NCBI GenBank assembly: GCA_021108075.1
Contig: JAIORP010000150.1
Span: 3,396 to 67,395, forward strand
Reading direction: 5' to 3'
Source: Candidatus Omnitrophota bacterium
GTDB lineage: Bacteria > Omnitrophota > Gorgyraeia > Zapsychrales > Zapsychraceae
Length of the DNA stretch: 64,000 nucleotides
This document shows, one piece after another, positions 51,067 to 60,182 of this stretch. The notes beneath the pieces were generated by a model. That model searched no databases, was not told the DNA's origin, and saw nothing but the letters and a program-made list of their open reading frames with translations. Made by a program: the position numbers and the translations under genes. Within the stretch, counting starts at the first letter, position 1. Each line of letters starts with the position of its first letter.

Positions 51067-54000
51067 ATGGTGAACATGAAACGAAAAAGAATGTTTTTTG
51101 GAATGAATTGCCTGGTGCTTGCGGTTTTCATTTTTATGTCAACCCTGTCGAATTTTGTTTGCGCGCAAGGGATGTTTGTCGGCCGTCTCCCGCAACCGGG
51201 GCAGATGGTCTTTTTGAGTCCAGCGTTCAATCCTTTGGTCATCAAAGGGATCAAACTATACCCGCAAGAACCCTTGCGTTTTGATTTTATTATTGATGTT
51301 GGTGATTCGTCCACCCAGGAAGCCCCTCTGCGGGAAGCTTCTGCTAAGGCCATTAAATATTTCTTAGCGGCCCTGACGGTCCCTGAAGATGACTTATGGG
51401 TGAATCTTTCACCCTTTGAGAAAGATAGGATTATTCCAGATGATTTTGGCGTGACGGAAATGGGGCGGGACCTCTTAGCGCAGGATTACCTGTTAAAACA
51501 AATCACGGCATCCTTAATGTATCCGGAGGAAGAATTGGGCCGGAAATTCTGGGAGACGGTTTACCGGAAAGCGTATGACCAGTATGGCACAACGGATATT
51601 TTTATTGGAACATTTAACAAAGTTTGGATTTTGCCCGATCATGCGGAGGTGTTTGAGAATGGCGATTCCGCTTTAATTGTGGATTGCCGTTTGAGGGTCT
51701 TGACAGAATTTGATTATAAGGCGGAAGCCGAGCAGAGAGAAATTTCAACCCAGGATCAGAGTTTAAAAACCGATCATTTGAACAAATGGGGGCAGCGGAA
51801 TTCTTCATTAACCTCGGAAATCGTGCGAGAGATTATCATTCCGGAATTAGAAAAAGAGGTCAATGAAGGTCAGAATTTCGCAGACTTACGTCAGATTTAC
51901 CATTCCCTTATTCTTGCGACGTGGCTAAAGCAGCGTCTGAAAAATAGTGTGATGTCGAAGTTGTACATCAATCAGAACAAGACTGCGGGTGTAAACGTGG
52001 ATGATCCTGAAATTAAAGAGAAAATTTATCAGCAGTATTTAGCCGCCTACCGTAAAGGGGTTTATAACTATATCAAAGAGGATTATGATCCTTATATTCA
52101 GGATGTTGTGCCGCGGAAATATTTTTCTGGTGGAATGGATCTCGCCATGTTGGGTCAGGAAACGAATCAGATTTTGAAGATCGTTAAAAAATTGGATTGG
52201 TCCAAGCATGCCCAGCGTTTCACGAATTTGGTTATGACCGGCGTCATCTTAACCGTTGCGGGCACGTCTGCTGCTGATGTCGGCAATGTCAATCTGAATG
52301 CCATCAATCCCCCGGCCGGGATTGTCCAGCAAGGGGAACGTTTTGTTGCTGTGTCTTCTAATGTTCACTCCGATCCCTACAATGTTCCCGCCAAATGGAA
52401 ATCATTTGTCTTTGCGCCCCCATCAGGAGCAACATTAGACCTCTCGGGTTATCGGTATCTAAACGTAAGAGTTGGTGCGGGCGCGGGCAATGTGATTGTT
52501 GAATTAACGGATCTTTTGCAGGCTGAGCGGCAGCGTTTATTGGAACACAAAGGGGTCTATGACCGGAAACGGGCTTTAAGCCCGGTCTATATTGTCGGGC
52601 AAGGCGAGGATTTTATTTCGATTGATCTTGATGAAATTAAACAAAGCGACCCCCAGATTGACCTCTCAAAAATTATTCAAGTCAGCGTTAATGCCGGTGA
52701 GTATTTTTACTTTGACAAAATTAATTCTCGCGATGCGAATCTGCAGCTTTCCGGTGGTTTGTCTCTTTCTTCCACTCCGAAAATTCAGTCTAAGGCCGAA
52801 GACTTAAATGCTTTCCGTCAATTTTATGCAGCCAAACAACAAGAAAAAGAAGCCTTGAACGAGCGTTACAGAACAGAACCCCTTGTTTTACCACAAGGCG
52901 TATTAACCGGTGAGGCACAGTCTTTGCTCGGCGGGGAGTTTTCTGACCGTATTCAAGCGTTGGACAATGTCAGCGCCATTATAACAGATAAAAAGCATCC
53001 GAATTATGCCTCTGCCATCAAATTATTGCGGTACCACATGTTTAACCCTTTTCAAAACACAAATATTCGGCGGCACATTCATTACTTATTAAAAGACCGC
53101 GCTCAGGAGCAGGTCGATGAATATCTATTAGATGATTATGTCACGCATGGTTATCGTGTGACCGAACCGGTTGTTGTCCAGGTGCCGTATATCAAGACAA
53201 CACAGACAGGCACGACCTATCAATATGATGGCTGGGATGGCCAGAGTGAAAAAGCCCGCTTCACCGATAAAGGCACACAATACGGGGTTGAAGGGATTAT
53301 TACCGGTCCTGAAACGGTTGAACGTGTCTTGGATAAAAAAGTATTAGAACGTTTAGCGCATTGGTCGATCATTATGAATATTGATCCGATGACCATTACC
53401 TTTCCGACGATTTATACCGAGTCACTGCTTGGCGCCCACCCGGAGTTAACATACAATATTATGACGATCCATCAGCAGGATATTCACAGCATGCTGTCTG
53501 ACCGGGAGAAACAGTTACGGCAAGATCTTTTGGCAATGTTTGCCGAAGGTTCTTTTGATGAAAAGTTAGATGAAATTATCATCACCGGATTAATCATTAT
53601 GCAGCGCGGGTTTAACGTTTTTGCCAATTCTGACGCTGACTTGAGTAAGCGTCTTCAGGGCTATAATGGATATGGAACATATCCATGGGAACCATGGAAA
53701 GGTACCAATATGGCTAAAGAGCCTGTCATCGGCCGTCGCGCCGTCAAGGTCGGCGAGTTCATCAAGGACGGAATATTAAAGGATATTAGTGCGGCCGTCG
53801 CAAAAGAGCTGAAGATTGACCTTCCGCTTCTTCCTCATAATTTACAAGGGGTCCGGATCGGGATTTCCCATGTCCGGCAAAGTCCTGTTGTCAAGAATTT
53901 GGTCGACGAGAAAAAGATCGATCAGGCGGTTGATGCCGACATGGCCATGCTGTCTCTCCCTCAGTATTTAAATATCGGCCGTTATAAATGGGCCATGCGC

Positions 54001-57000
54001 AAATCAGGGTATAAGCAGGCGCAGGATTTGATCGAAGCCGCGCTGAACCGGGGAGATTTATTAGGGCGGACCACCGACGGGTTGAATAAAATCATGTCTA
54101 TCCCTGGAATGCCCGGGTATTCTCTGCAGGTCCCTGAGTTGTCAGAATTTGAGGAACGTTTGCAAACTGTTCAGGACCCATTTCCAAACAGAAATTTTGG
54201 CCAGGCGATTGCCCGCTATGGAAATTTTTTCATTCTGAAACGGCAAGCCGGGTTTGTCGGGGGTGTTCCTGCTTGGTCGGAGGCGACATTCGAAGAAAAG
54301 GATCGCGTCTTCGAACAATATTTAGATGCAACGGCAACCATGCCACAGACGGCCTACAATGATTTAGCTGCATCGATTCAAACCGTCGATCGTTCGGGTT
54401 TTCGTTTTGATCCGAATCCAAATAATATCCTTGTTGATCGTGCCCGGGATAAATTTAATATTGTTGATATTAAAGTGAAGAACCTGGAACACACGGCCTC
54501 TGTGGCCGAGATGATCACCGCGCTAACCGCCCTGAGATATTCTGAAGGGCCGTACAGCCGTGGCCGTGCGGAAAACGCGGGTTTGTTTAAAACAATTATG
54601 CGGCGTTCTTTTCTGGCTGCCATAGATGGGAACATTCTTTATCCTCCCACTGATCGTTATGCGACTTCGACCTTGCGTTCAGTTTTTAAGCAGGCCGGCA
54701 TTGAAAACCGTTGGGACGAGTTTCAAAGCGCGTACGCGCGGTTATATGAACGTGAGGCCGCGAAGGATGATTGGCTGGAATTGTTTAACCGTGTTTTTGG
54801 TGAGTCAATAGGTTCTCTCGTCGACCAGAATGTTTCACCGGACATCTCGCCTTATATGTTAACCCGGAAACCAGAGGGCATTGTCTTAGCTGATGATAAA
54901 AATTTGGATGAAAAATTTGCGCGATACATTGAACGCGATCAGGTGTTAAGCCAATATGCACATTTAGCGCAGTTATTTTTACAGGATACCGATGAGATGC
55001 GCAGGATTAAGGCGGCGCTATTAACCAATCCGCATTGGCGGCCCGTATTCATGCAGGCTTTACCCTCCCAGGCGACCAGTGAGATTATCCCATTGAACCG
55101 GTTTGATTCCATCCGTGATTTAGGTGGAATGGAATTATTGGAATCGCACCGGGTGTTTTCTTTTGGTCAATCGCAGGTGAGCCTGGAGTTCGCGGACGCC
55201 AGGTCCCGGACTTATCTCGAACAACAAGAAGCAGGGATGAATGATTCGGACCTTGTTGAGAATGAATTTAAGATAATCGTTGGATTAGCCGACCGGTACT
55301 CCGAGAAGACACTCGATTTTTATAAAGTGGCACATGGCCGCCGGGTGTTCTTTCCGTTAGCGGATGGTTTCTTTTTAAGCCTGAAGGGCATAGGGCAACT
55401 GGTCCAGAGAGAGCAGTCGCCCTATTTTTATGATCAAAAGACGGATTCTTTAAGGGGGCTTGCCATTGAGGCCGTCCTTCCTCAGTATTTGAAGTCTGCC
55501 GACCTGCAAGATATCAGCCTGTATCCGGAGTCGTTGGCATATATGTATGTCTACCGGGTCCCAAATGGTCAAGGGGCATTAGAATCCTTTGAGGCCATGA
55601 CACCCCAACGCAGCGATCTTCAACAAAGTCTGGTCTATTTTGAAAAAACCATTCATCCGGACCGTTTATTGAAATTGTCCCAAATGGGGGATCATGATCC
55701 GGACCTGCAAAAGATCGCCTGGCAAATATCACAAAACCTGATACAAAGCGGTCATTTGTCAAAAGACACCTTATTGACACCCCGGCAGCTGTTTTCGCAA
55801 ATTTTTGAAAATATGTTTAGGCGCTTGGCTTTAGATCAAAATGCGGGGATCTCGTATGCCGTTGTGCATGCCCAGGATATTACCTTCACAGGTTCTTTTG
55901 AGGATAAAGAAGAACGTCAGCCGATTAACCATTTAGGCGGGGCAGCCGTGCTTCCGGTTATGGAGAGAGTCGTTAAAGAAAAGAATATTTTTGAGAATTT
56001 TGACAGTCAAATGAAGATTTTTCTCCAGGTCGCATCATATTTAGGAACTGAGCGACCGGGTCTGGTTACGGATTTTGACGCGTTTCTTAAAGGCGCGCTT
56101 GAAATATATTTCACGACGGTTAATGACGGTATTTTATCCTTCTGGGTTAGAGAGTCGTCAGGGGAATTCTCCCGGGCTTTACCGGGCATCGCCCGGCGGT
56201 TTGAAGACGACCCGTTGCCGGGCTTATTTAATGTTTCCCGTGTTGAGCAGATGGAACAAAGATTGAAAAGCATGGTCATGGCGGAGTGGGTCCGCCGTCT
56301 GGACGCGATGCCTGAAATGGTGACTGATCAGGAGGTGATGCTGACAGGTGGATTCACAGATTTATTAGAATTTGATCCTCAAAATATTTCAACGGTTCAA
56401 ATGAATGGACGAACAAAGGTGTCCTCCTCATTGACCCCGGACGCATTATCACAAGCACTGCGGGCCCCATATTATCAGGTTGAGCGAAACATTCAAGATA
56501 ACATTATCCTTGGACGCGTTACGTCTCCCGCTGATCTGGGCTGGGGATTTTTTAACACGTCCATAAGGGATTTTAGTGAAAGCATTGATGTTGACGTCAT
56601 GGCCGGAGTGCTGTCGTATATTAGTAAAGTCCGAAAAGATGTGGCGCCGGATGAAGAGATTGTTATTGTCGATTGGGGCACGGGCGAAGGGAATGTGCTC
56701 AATGATGTCGCGGCAGAACTGGAAGCGCGGGGCATGACAAATGTCAGACTGATCGGGTTTGCCAATGTCCTGTCGCAACAATGGGGCAGGGCCCACTCGA
56801 ACGTGGAATTTATCTTCGATGACGGACGAAATTTTTTTCACCATTTCAAAGACACAAAAGTTGACATCATGTTGAGCAACATGGGGCTTGTTCATCTGCA
56901 GAATGATTTTGTGCCGTTTTTATTTGAAACGAGAAACCTGATGAAACCCGGGGGGATCATTATCGCCGATAGTGCCGTGGTAGCTAAAGATGATACTTTT

Positions 57001-60000
57001 GAGGAGTTATTTGGCTTGTTTTTTAATTTGATCAAGAATGAACGGGTCTCTGAGGGAACGACCACTTTAGTCTTGCAGAAAGTTATACCGGCGGATAATA
57101 CACAGCAGCCATCCATGCCGGCCATCAAAGAAGAGCCCTGGTTGCTCAATCAGTTCAGTGATCATGGTCGATTATCTTTTCAAGATGCCCAAGAACAATT
57201 GCGGCAATTTGTCGCGTCATCTTTAGCCGGTCCTTACATAGCCGCTTTTCGAAATGACAGCCGTGTGTGGGCGGATCAGAAAGTCGTGGCCCTGCTGAGG
57301 GAGCTGCATGGCCAGGGCCCGGATTATATGATACAAACTCCAATACAGTCTTATCGTAAGGGTGATCTGACAGAACAAACCGGTTTTGATTTGTTGTCGC
57401 TTTCAACTCCTGAGAGGCAAGAAGTTTTTATCGACATCATTGATCAACGTTTAGGTGTTGGCCCGGCTACGCTTGACCGTGCCATGCTTCATCGGCAGCG
57501 GGAGGATTTGCGTTTTCACGCGGATACGATTACGAATGTTCTTTTAGAGGGTCATGTCAAAGTGTCGACGACAGTTATTGAAGAAGATATGGCCAGGGTG
57601 TTAAGGCATCCTTACTATCTGATGGAACACAACGAAGACACCGGCGAGATCAAAGGGCGCTTTACGTCACCCCAATATGAAAATTATAGTTTTTTTGAAA
57701 CGGATATCGGAACGATTTCTCATCGGTTTGATGTGGATGTGATCGAGGGTGTCATGAGTTACATCGATATGGTCCGTAGCAATATCGGTTCTGAGCGGGA
57801 GATTGTCATTCTTGATTGGGGCGCTGGCGAGGGAGAAATGCTGAATCATTTAGCCGGATTGATCGAAGATGAGGGCATACGAAATGTTAAGTTGATCGGA
57901 TTTGCGAATATTTTCAGTCAAGATTGGGCCCGGGTGCATCCGAATGTTGAATTCATTTTTGATGACGCGCAGAATTTGTTTAAACATTTTAAAGACCGTA
58001 AAATTGATATGGTATTCAGCCATATGGGAATGACGCATGTTAATCCGACCGCGATGGCGGATTACCTGCACGGGATGGGCGATATCATGCAGCCCGGAGG
58101 GCTGCTGGTGATGGATTATTCCCGTCGGATTCATTGGCGGACGATCGCAAAAGGTATCTTGCCCGCCACGTTACAGTCCTTGCGCAATGAGCGGGTGAGT
58201 TGGTTGGATTCTGTGCTGGTCGCCCAGCGCGTGATCTCGGACGATGCCCCCCAAAGCGAGAATATGAAGAGCCTGCGGAAGCAGCCATGGCTTTATCATG
58301 AGTTGAGTTTTGAGGACATAATGTCCTATGCGGAAGCTGAAGCGCAAATTTCTGAATATCTTAAAACGCCTGATTCGCAACCCCTTCAAGATGTATTTAA
58401 GAGCATACTAGACAGTTTGACCATTGATATTGCGATTGGTTTGATAAGGGAGTTGGATGGTAAAGACGCCCGCTATATGTTCGATACCCCGGAAGATAGT
58501 TACGCGAAATCCCGACTTACGGATCAAAGAGATATGCGTTCATCTCAAATGAATGCCCCGGGCGCGCATGAATTGTTCGCCCTGGCTGTTAAAGAACGAA
58601 GTGAAGATTCTGATCACTATCTTGACTTAGCGATGATGCCCACCGATAAAGCCAAGATCATTCTGCGCGTTAGAGACTTTGCGCGGGAAGTGGATTATCT
58701 TGATGAATTAAAAGACCGATTTGATTTTAGCCAGGTTGATCGAAGCGATGTGAGGTTGAATAAACCCGATCAGCTGATGCGGGATTTGAATGCCTTTATT
58801 AAGCGTCAAGCGCGGGCACACCGTCAGATTTATTCCATGATGCAGGATATGGTTATCGCTGAAATGGAGCCGTTTCTTTATGACCGGAAGGATAACCCTG
58901 ATGGTGTCACGCGTGCAGCATTAGGCGAAGAACTGGATATTCATCCATCATCTATTTATTCCATCATGAATCGAAAATTTGTGCCATCAGCTGAATTGCT
59001 CGGTAAGCTGGGGAACGAGTTGGGTTTCTCGACGGTTTCTATATCTGAATTACGGGTCCGTTTAAGAAGTTTAGAGATGATGATGAAAGATGCGACAAGG
59101 CTTCAGGGCCTGGTCCTCAATCTTGTGCGTGACATGTATGGCTTCCGGTCGTTCTCGCAAATGTCACAAGCGATCAATGACATTCGACAAACGAAAGGTA
59201 AGTCAGCGATTAATCGTGGCACGATGGCCCGAATGGCCGGTGGAACGTATCGTGTCAGCCAGGACATGTTAGGGAGTTTGTCTCAGGATATAGGGGAATA
59301 TGTGGCCGGCCAATCTTTGGATGAAGAGAATGTTTTTGTTGTCCGCTCGCAGTATTCACAACTGCTTAAAAGATGGGCTGTCCAGGATGAGATTGGGAAA
59401 TTGATCCGCCGGTCGCGGGAAAGGCAGAATATCATTCAAGAAGACATGGCGAACCGTCTGGGAATATCTGTGCCGCAATACCGGGGTTTTGAGACGGGGA
59501 TGCAACCCATTTCGCAACAGTACCTGGATATTTTGTATGAGGAACTGCATGCCCATGAGAATGGATTGGCGGATAGGATTTCTGCCTGGAAACAAGAAAT
59601 AGAGGATCAGGAATTGATTTTTATTCAAGCTCAAGAGAAGGCCTCGGCAAATTTAGGGCCAACCCGTCGATCGAAAAATGTTTCTCAAGAGCAGCTTTAT
59701 CAGCGTACGGGTATTTCTGATGCAAAGATTCGGTTGATTGAGAACGGTTCCGAAACGATGGATCCGTATCAAACGTTCGCCTTTGCCAGGGGACTTAGCG
59801 TAACGCCAGCACGACTATGGCCTGAAGAAGACCTGATCCAGGTCGCATTTGACCAGGCCTCGTTAACACGGCCTGACATCGCCACGGATAACCTTGGTGG
59901 TATTGATTTCAGGCCGGAACAATTGAATATTGAAACAAAGGGCGAGGTTTTCGATTTTGAACCGAACGCGATTATCGGTGATGTTGAAAATTTTACCGGG

Positions 60001-60099
60001 TTTACTCCCATCATCATGCAGATTACTCCCATTACGAATTTACCGCTTATCCTTGGCGCGAAAGACGTGATTCAAGAGGACGGTTTGTCTTCATCTTAA
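51067..60099 (+). CDS. 3010-aa exported multi-module protein (Omnitrophota-type giant protein)
   Basis: Signal peptide; N-domain ending KYFSGG; C-terminal GGIDF...GFTPII; internal SLT-like, kinase-like, two SAM-MTase and several XRE-HTH segments separated by D-x-A-M-L. Confidence 0.9.
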   Translation: MVNMKRKRMFFGMNCLVLAVFIFMSTLSNFVCAQGMFVGRLPQPGQMVFLSPAFNPLVIKGIKLYPQEPLRFDFIIDVGDSSTQEAPLREASAKAIKYFLAALTVPEDDLWVNLSPFEKDRIIPDDFGVTEMGRDLLAQDYLLKQITASLMYPEEELGRKFWETVYRKAYDQYGTTDIFIGTFNKVWILPDHAEVFENGDSALIVDCRLRVLTEFDYKAEAEQREISTQDQSLKTDHLNKWGQRNSSLTSEIVREIIIPELEKEVNEGQNFADLRQIYHSLILATWLKQRLKNSVMSKLYINQNKTAGVNVDDPEIKEKIYQQYLAAYRKGVYNYIKEDYDPYIQDVVPRKYFSGGMDLAMLGQETNQILKIVKKLDWSKHAQRFTNLVMTGVILTVAGTSAADVGNVNLNAINPPAGIVQQGERFVAVSSNVHSDPYNVPAKWKSFVFAPPSGATLDLSGYRYLNVRVGAGAGNVIVELTDLLQAERQRLLEHKGVYDRKRALSPVYIVGQGEDFISIDLDEIKQSDPQIDLSKIIQVSVNAGEYFYFDKINSRDANLQLSGGLSLSSTPKIQSKAEDLNAFRQFYAAKQQEKEALNERYRTEPLVLPQGVLTGEAQSLLGGEFSDRIQALDNVSAIITDKKHPNYASAIKLLRYHMFNPFQNTNIRRHIHYLLKDRAQEQVDEYLLDDYVTHGYRVTEPVVVQVPYIKTTQTGTTYQYDGWDGQSEKARFTDKGTQYGVEGIITGPETVERVLDKKVLERLAHWSIIMNIDPMTITFPTIYTESLLGAHPELTYNIMTIHQQDIHSMLSDREKQLRQDLLAMFAEGSFDEKLDEIIITGLIIMQRGFNVFANSDADLSKRLQGYNGYGTYPWEPWKGTNMAKEPVIGRRAVKVGEFIKDGILKDISAAVAKELKIDLPLLPHNLQGVRIGISHVRQSPVVKNLVDEKKIDQAVDADMAMLSLPQYLNIGRYKWAMRKSGYKQAQDLIEAALNRGDLLGRTTDGLNKIMSIPGMPGYSLQVPELSEFEERLQTVQDPFPNRNFGQAIARYGNFFILKRQAGFVGGVPAWSEATFEEKDRVFEQYLDATATMPQTAYNDLAASIQTVDRSGFRFDPNPNNILVDRARDKFNIVDIKVKNLEHTASVAEMITALTALRYSEGPYSRGRAENAGLFKTIMRRSFLAAIDGNILYPPTDRYATSTLRSVFKQAGIENRWDEFQSAYARLYEREAAKDDWLELFNRVFGESIGSLVDQNVSPDISPYMLTRKPEGIVLADDKNLDEKFARYIERDQVLSQYAHLAQLFLQDTDEMRRIKAALLTNPHWRPVFMQALPSQATSEIIPLNRFDSIRDLGGMELLESHRVFSFGQSQVSLEFADARSRTYLEQQEAGMNDSDLVENEFKIIVGLADRYSEKTLDFYKVAHGRRVFFPLADGFFLSLKGIGQLVQREQSPYFYDQKTDSLRGLAIEAVLPQYLKSADLQDISLYPESLAYMYVYRVPNGQGALESFEAMTPQRSDLQQSLVYFEKTIHPDRLLKLSQMGDHDPDLQKIAWQISQNLIQSGHLSKDTLLTPRQLFSQIFENMFRRLALDQNAGISYAVVHAQDITFTGSFEDKEERQPINHLGGAAVLPVMERVVKEKNIFENFDSQMKIFLQVASYLGTERPGLVTDFDAFLKGALEIYFTTVNDGILSFWVRESSGEFSRALPGIARRFEDDPLPGLFNVSRVEQMEQRLKSMVMAEWVRRLDAMPEMVTDQEVMLTGGFTDLLEFDPQNISTVQMNGRTKVSSSLTPDALSQALRAPYYQVERNIQDNIILGRVTSPADLGWGFFNTSIRDFSESIDVDVMAGVLSYISKVRKDVAPDEEIVIVDWGTGEGNVLNDVAAELEARGMTNVRLIGFANVLSQQWGRAHSNVEFIFDDGRNFFHHFKDTKVDIMLSNMGLVHLQNDFVPFLFETRNLMKPGGIIIADSAVVAKDDTFEELFGLFFNLIKNERVSEGTTTLVLQKVIPADNTQQPSMPAIKEEPWLLNQFSDHGRLSFQDAQEQLRQFVASSLAGPYIAAFRNDSRVWADQKVVALLRELHGQGPDYMIQTPIQSYRKGDLTEQTGFDLLSLSTPERQEVFIDIIDQRLGVGPATLDRAMLHRQREDLRFHADTITNVLLEGHVKVSTTVIEEDMARVLRHPYYLMEHNEDTGEIKGRFTSPQYENYSFFETDIGTISHRFDVDVIEGVMSYIDMVRSNIGSEREIVILDWGAGEGEMLNHLAGLIEDEGIRNVKLIGFANIFSQDWARVHPNVEFIFDDAQNLFKHFKDRKIDMVFSHMGMTHVNPTAMADYLHGMGDIMQPGGLLVMDYSRRIHWRTIAKGILPATLQSLRNERVSWLDSVLVAQRVISDDAPQSENMKSLRKQPWLYHELSFEDIMSYAEAEAQISEYLKTPDSQPLQDVFKSILDSLTIDIAIGLIRELDGKDARYMFDTPEDSYAKSRLTDQRDMRSSQMNAPGAHELFALAVKERSEDSDHYLDLAMMPTDKAKIILRVRDFAREVDYLDELKDRFDFSQVDRSDVRLNKPDQLMRDLNAFIKRQARAHRQIYSMMQDMVIAEMEPFLYDRKDNPDGVTRAALGEELDIHPSSIYSIMNRKFVPSAELLGKLGNELGFSTVSISELRVRLRSLEMMMKDATRLQGLVLNLVRDMYGFRSFSQMSQAINDIRQTKGKSAINRGTMARMAGGTYRVSQDMLGSLSQDIGEYVAGQSLDEENVFVVRSQYSQLLKRWAVQDEIGKLIRRSRERQNIIQEDMANRLGISVPQYRGFETGMQPISQQYLDILYEELHAHENGLADRISAWKQEIEDQELIFIQAQEKASANLGPTRRSKNVSQEQLYQRTGISDAKIRLIENGSETMDPYQTFAFARGLSVTPARLWPEEDLIQVAFDQASLTRPDIATDNLGGIDFRPEQLNIETKGEVFDFEPNAIIGDVENFTGFTPIIMQITPITNLPLILGAKDVIQEDGLSSS

Positions 60100-60182
60100 A
60101 GAATTCGTGCGTAAATAAAGTCATCAAAACTAATTGATTTTTTGTCTTCTCAATCATCATTTTTTTGTGGAGGAATGTTATC

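Noticed and set aside
52138-59865. D-x-A-M junctions as DNA recombination sites
   Set aside because: Only GCCATG is shared by three sites and the flanking nucleotides differ; a protein-level motif fits better, though gene capture at ATG is not fully excluded.
51614-60032. Many short alternative-frame ORFs inside the giant gene
   Set aside because: Expected shadows of a long CDS; no RBS or motif support, so not taken as immunity genes.
51067-60099. Intein/Hint or CPD autoprocessing domain in the giant protein
   Set aside because: No C(F/L)...HN intein ends or His/Cys protease motif recognised; not excluded without HMM or structure search.
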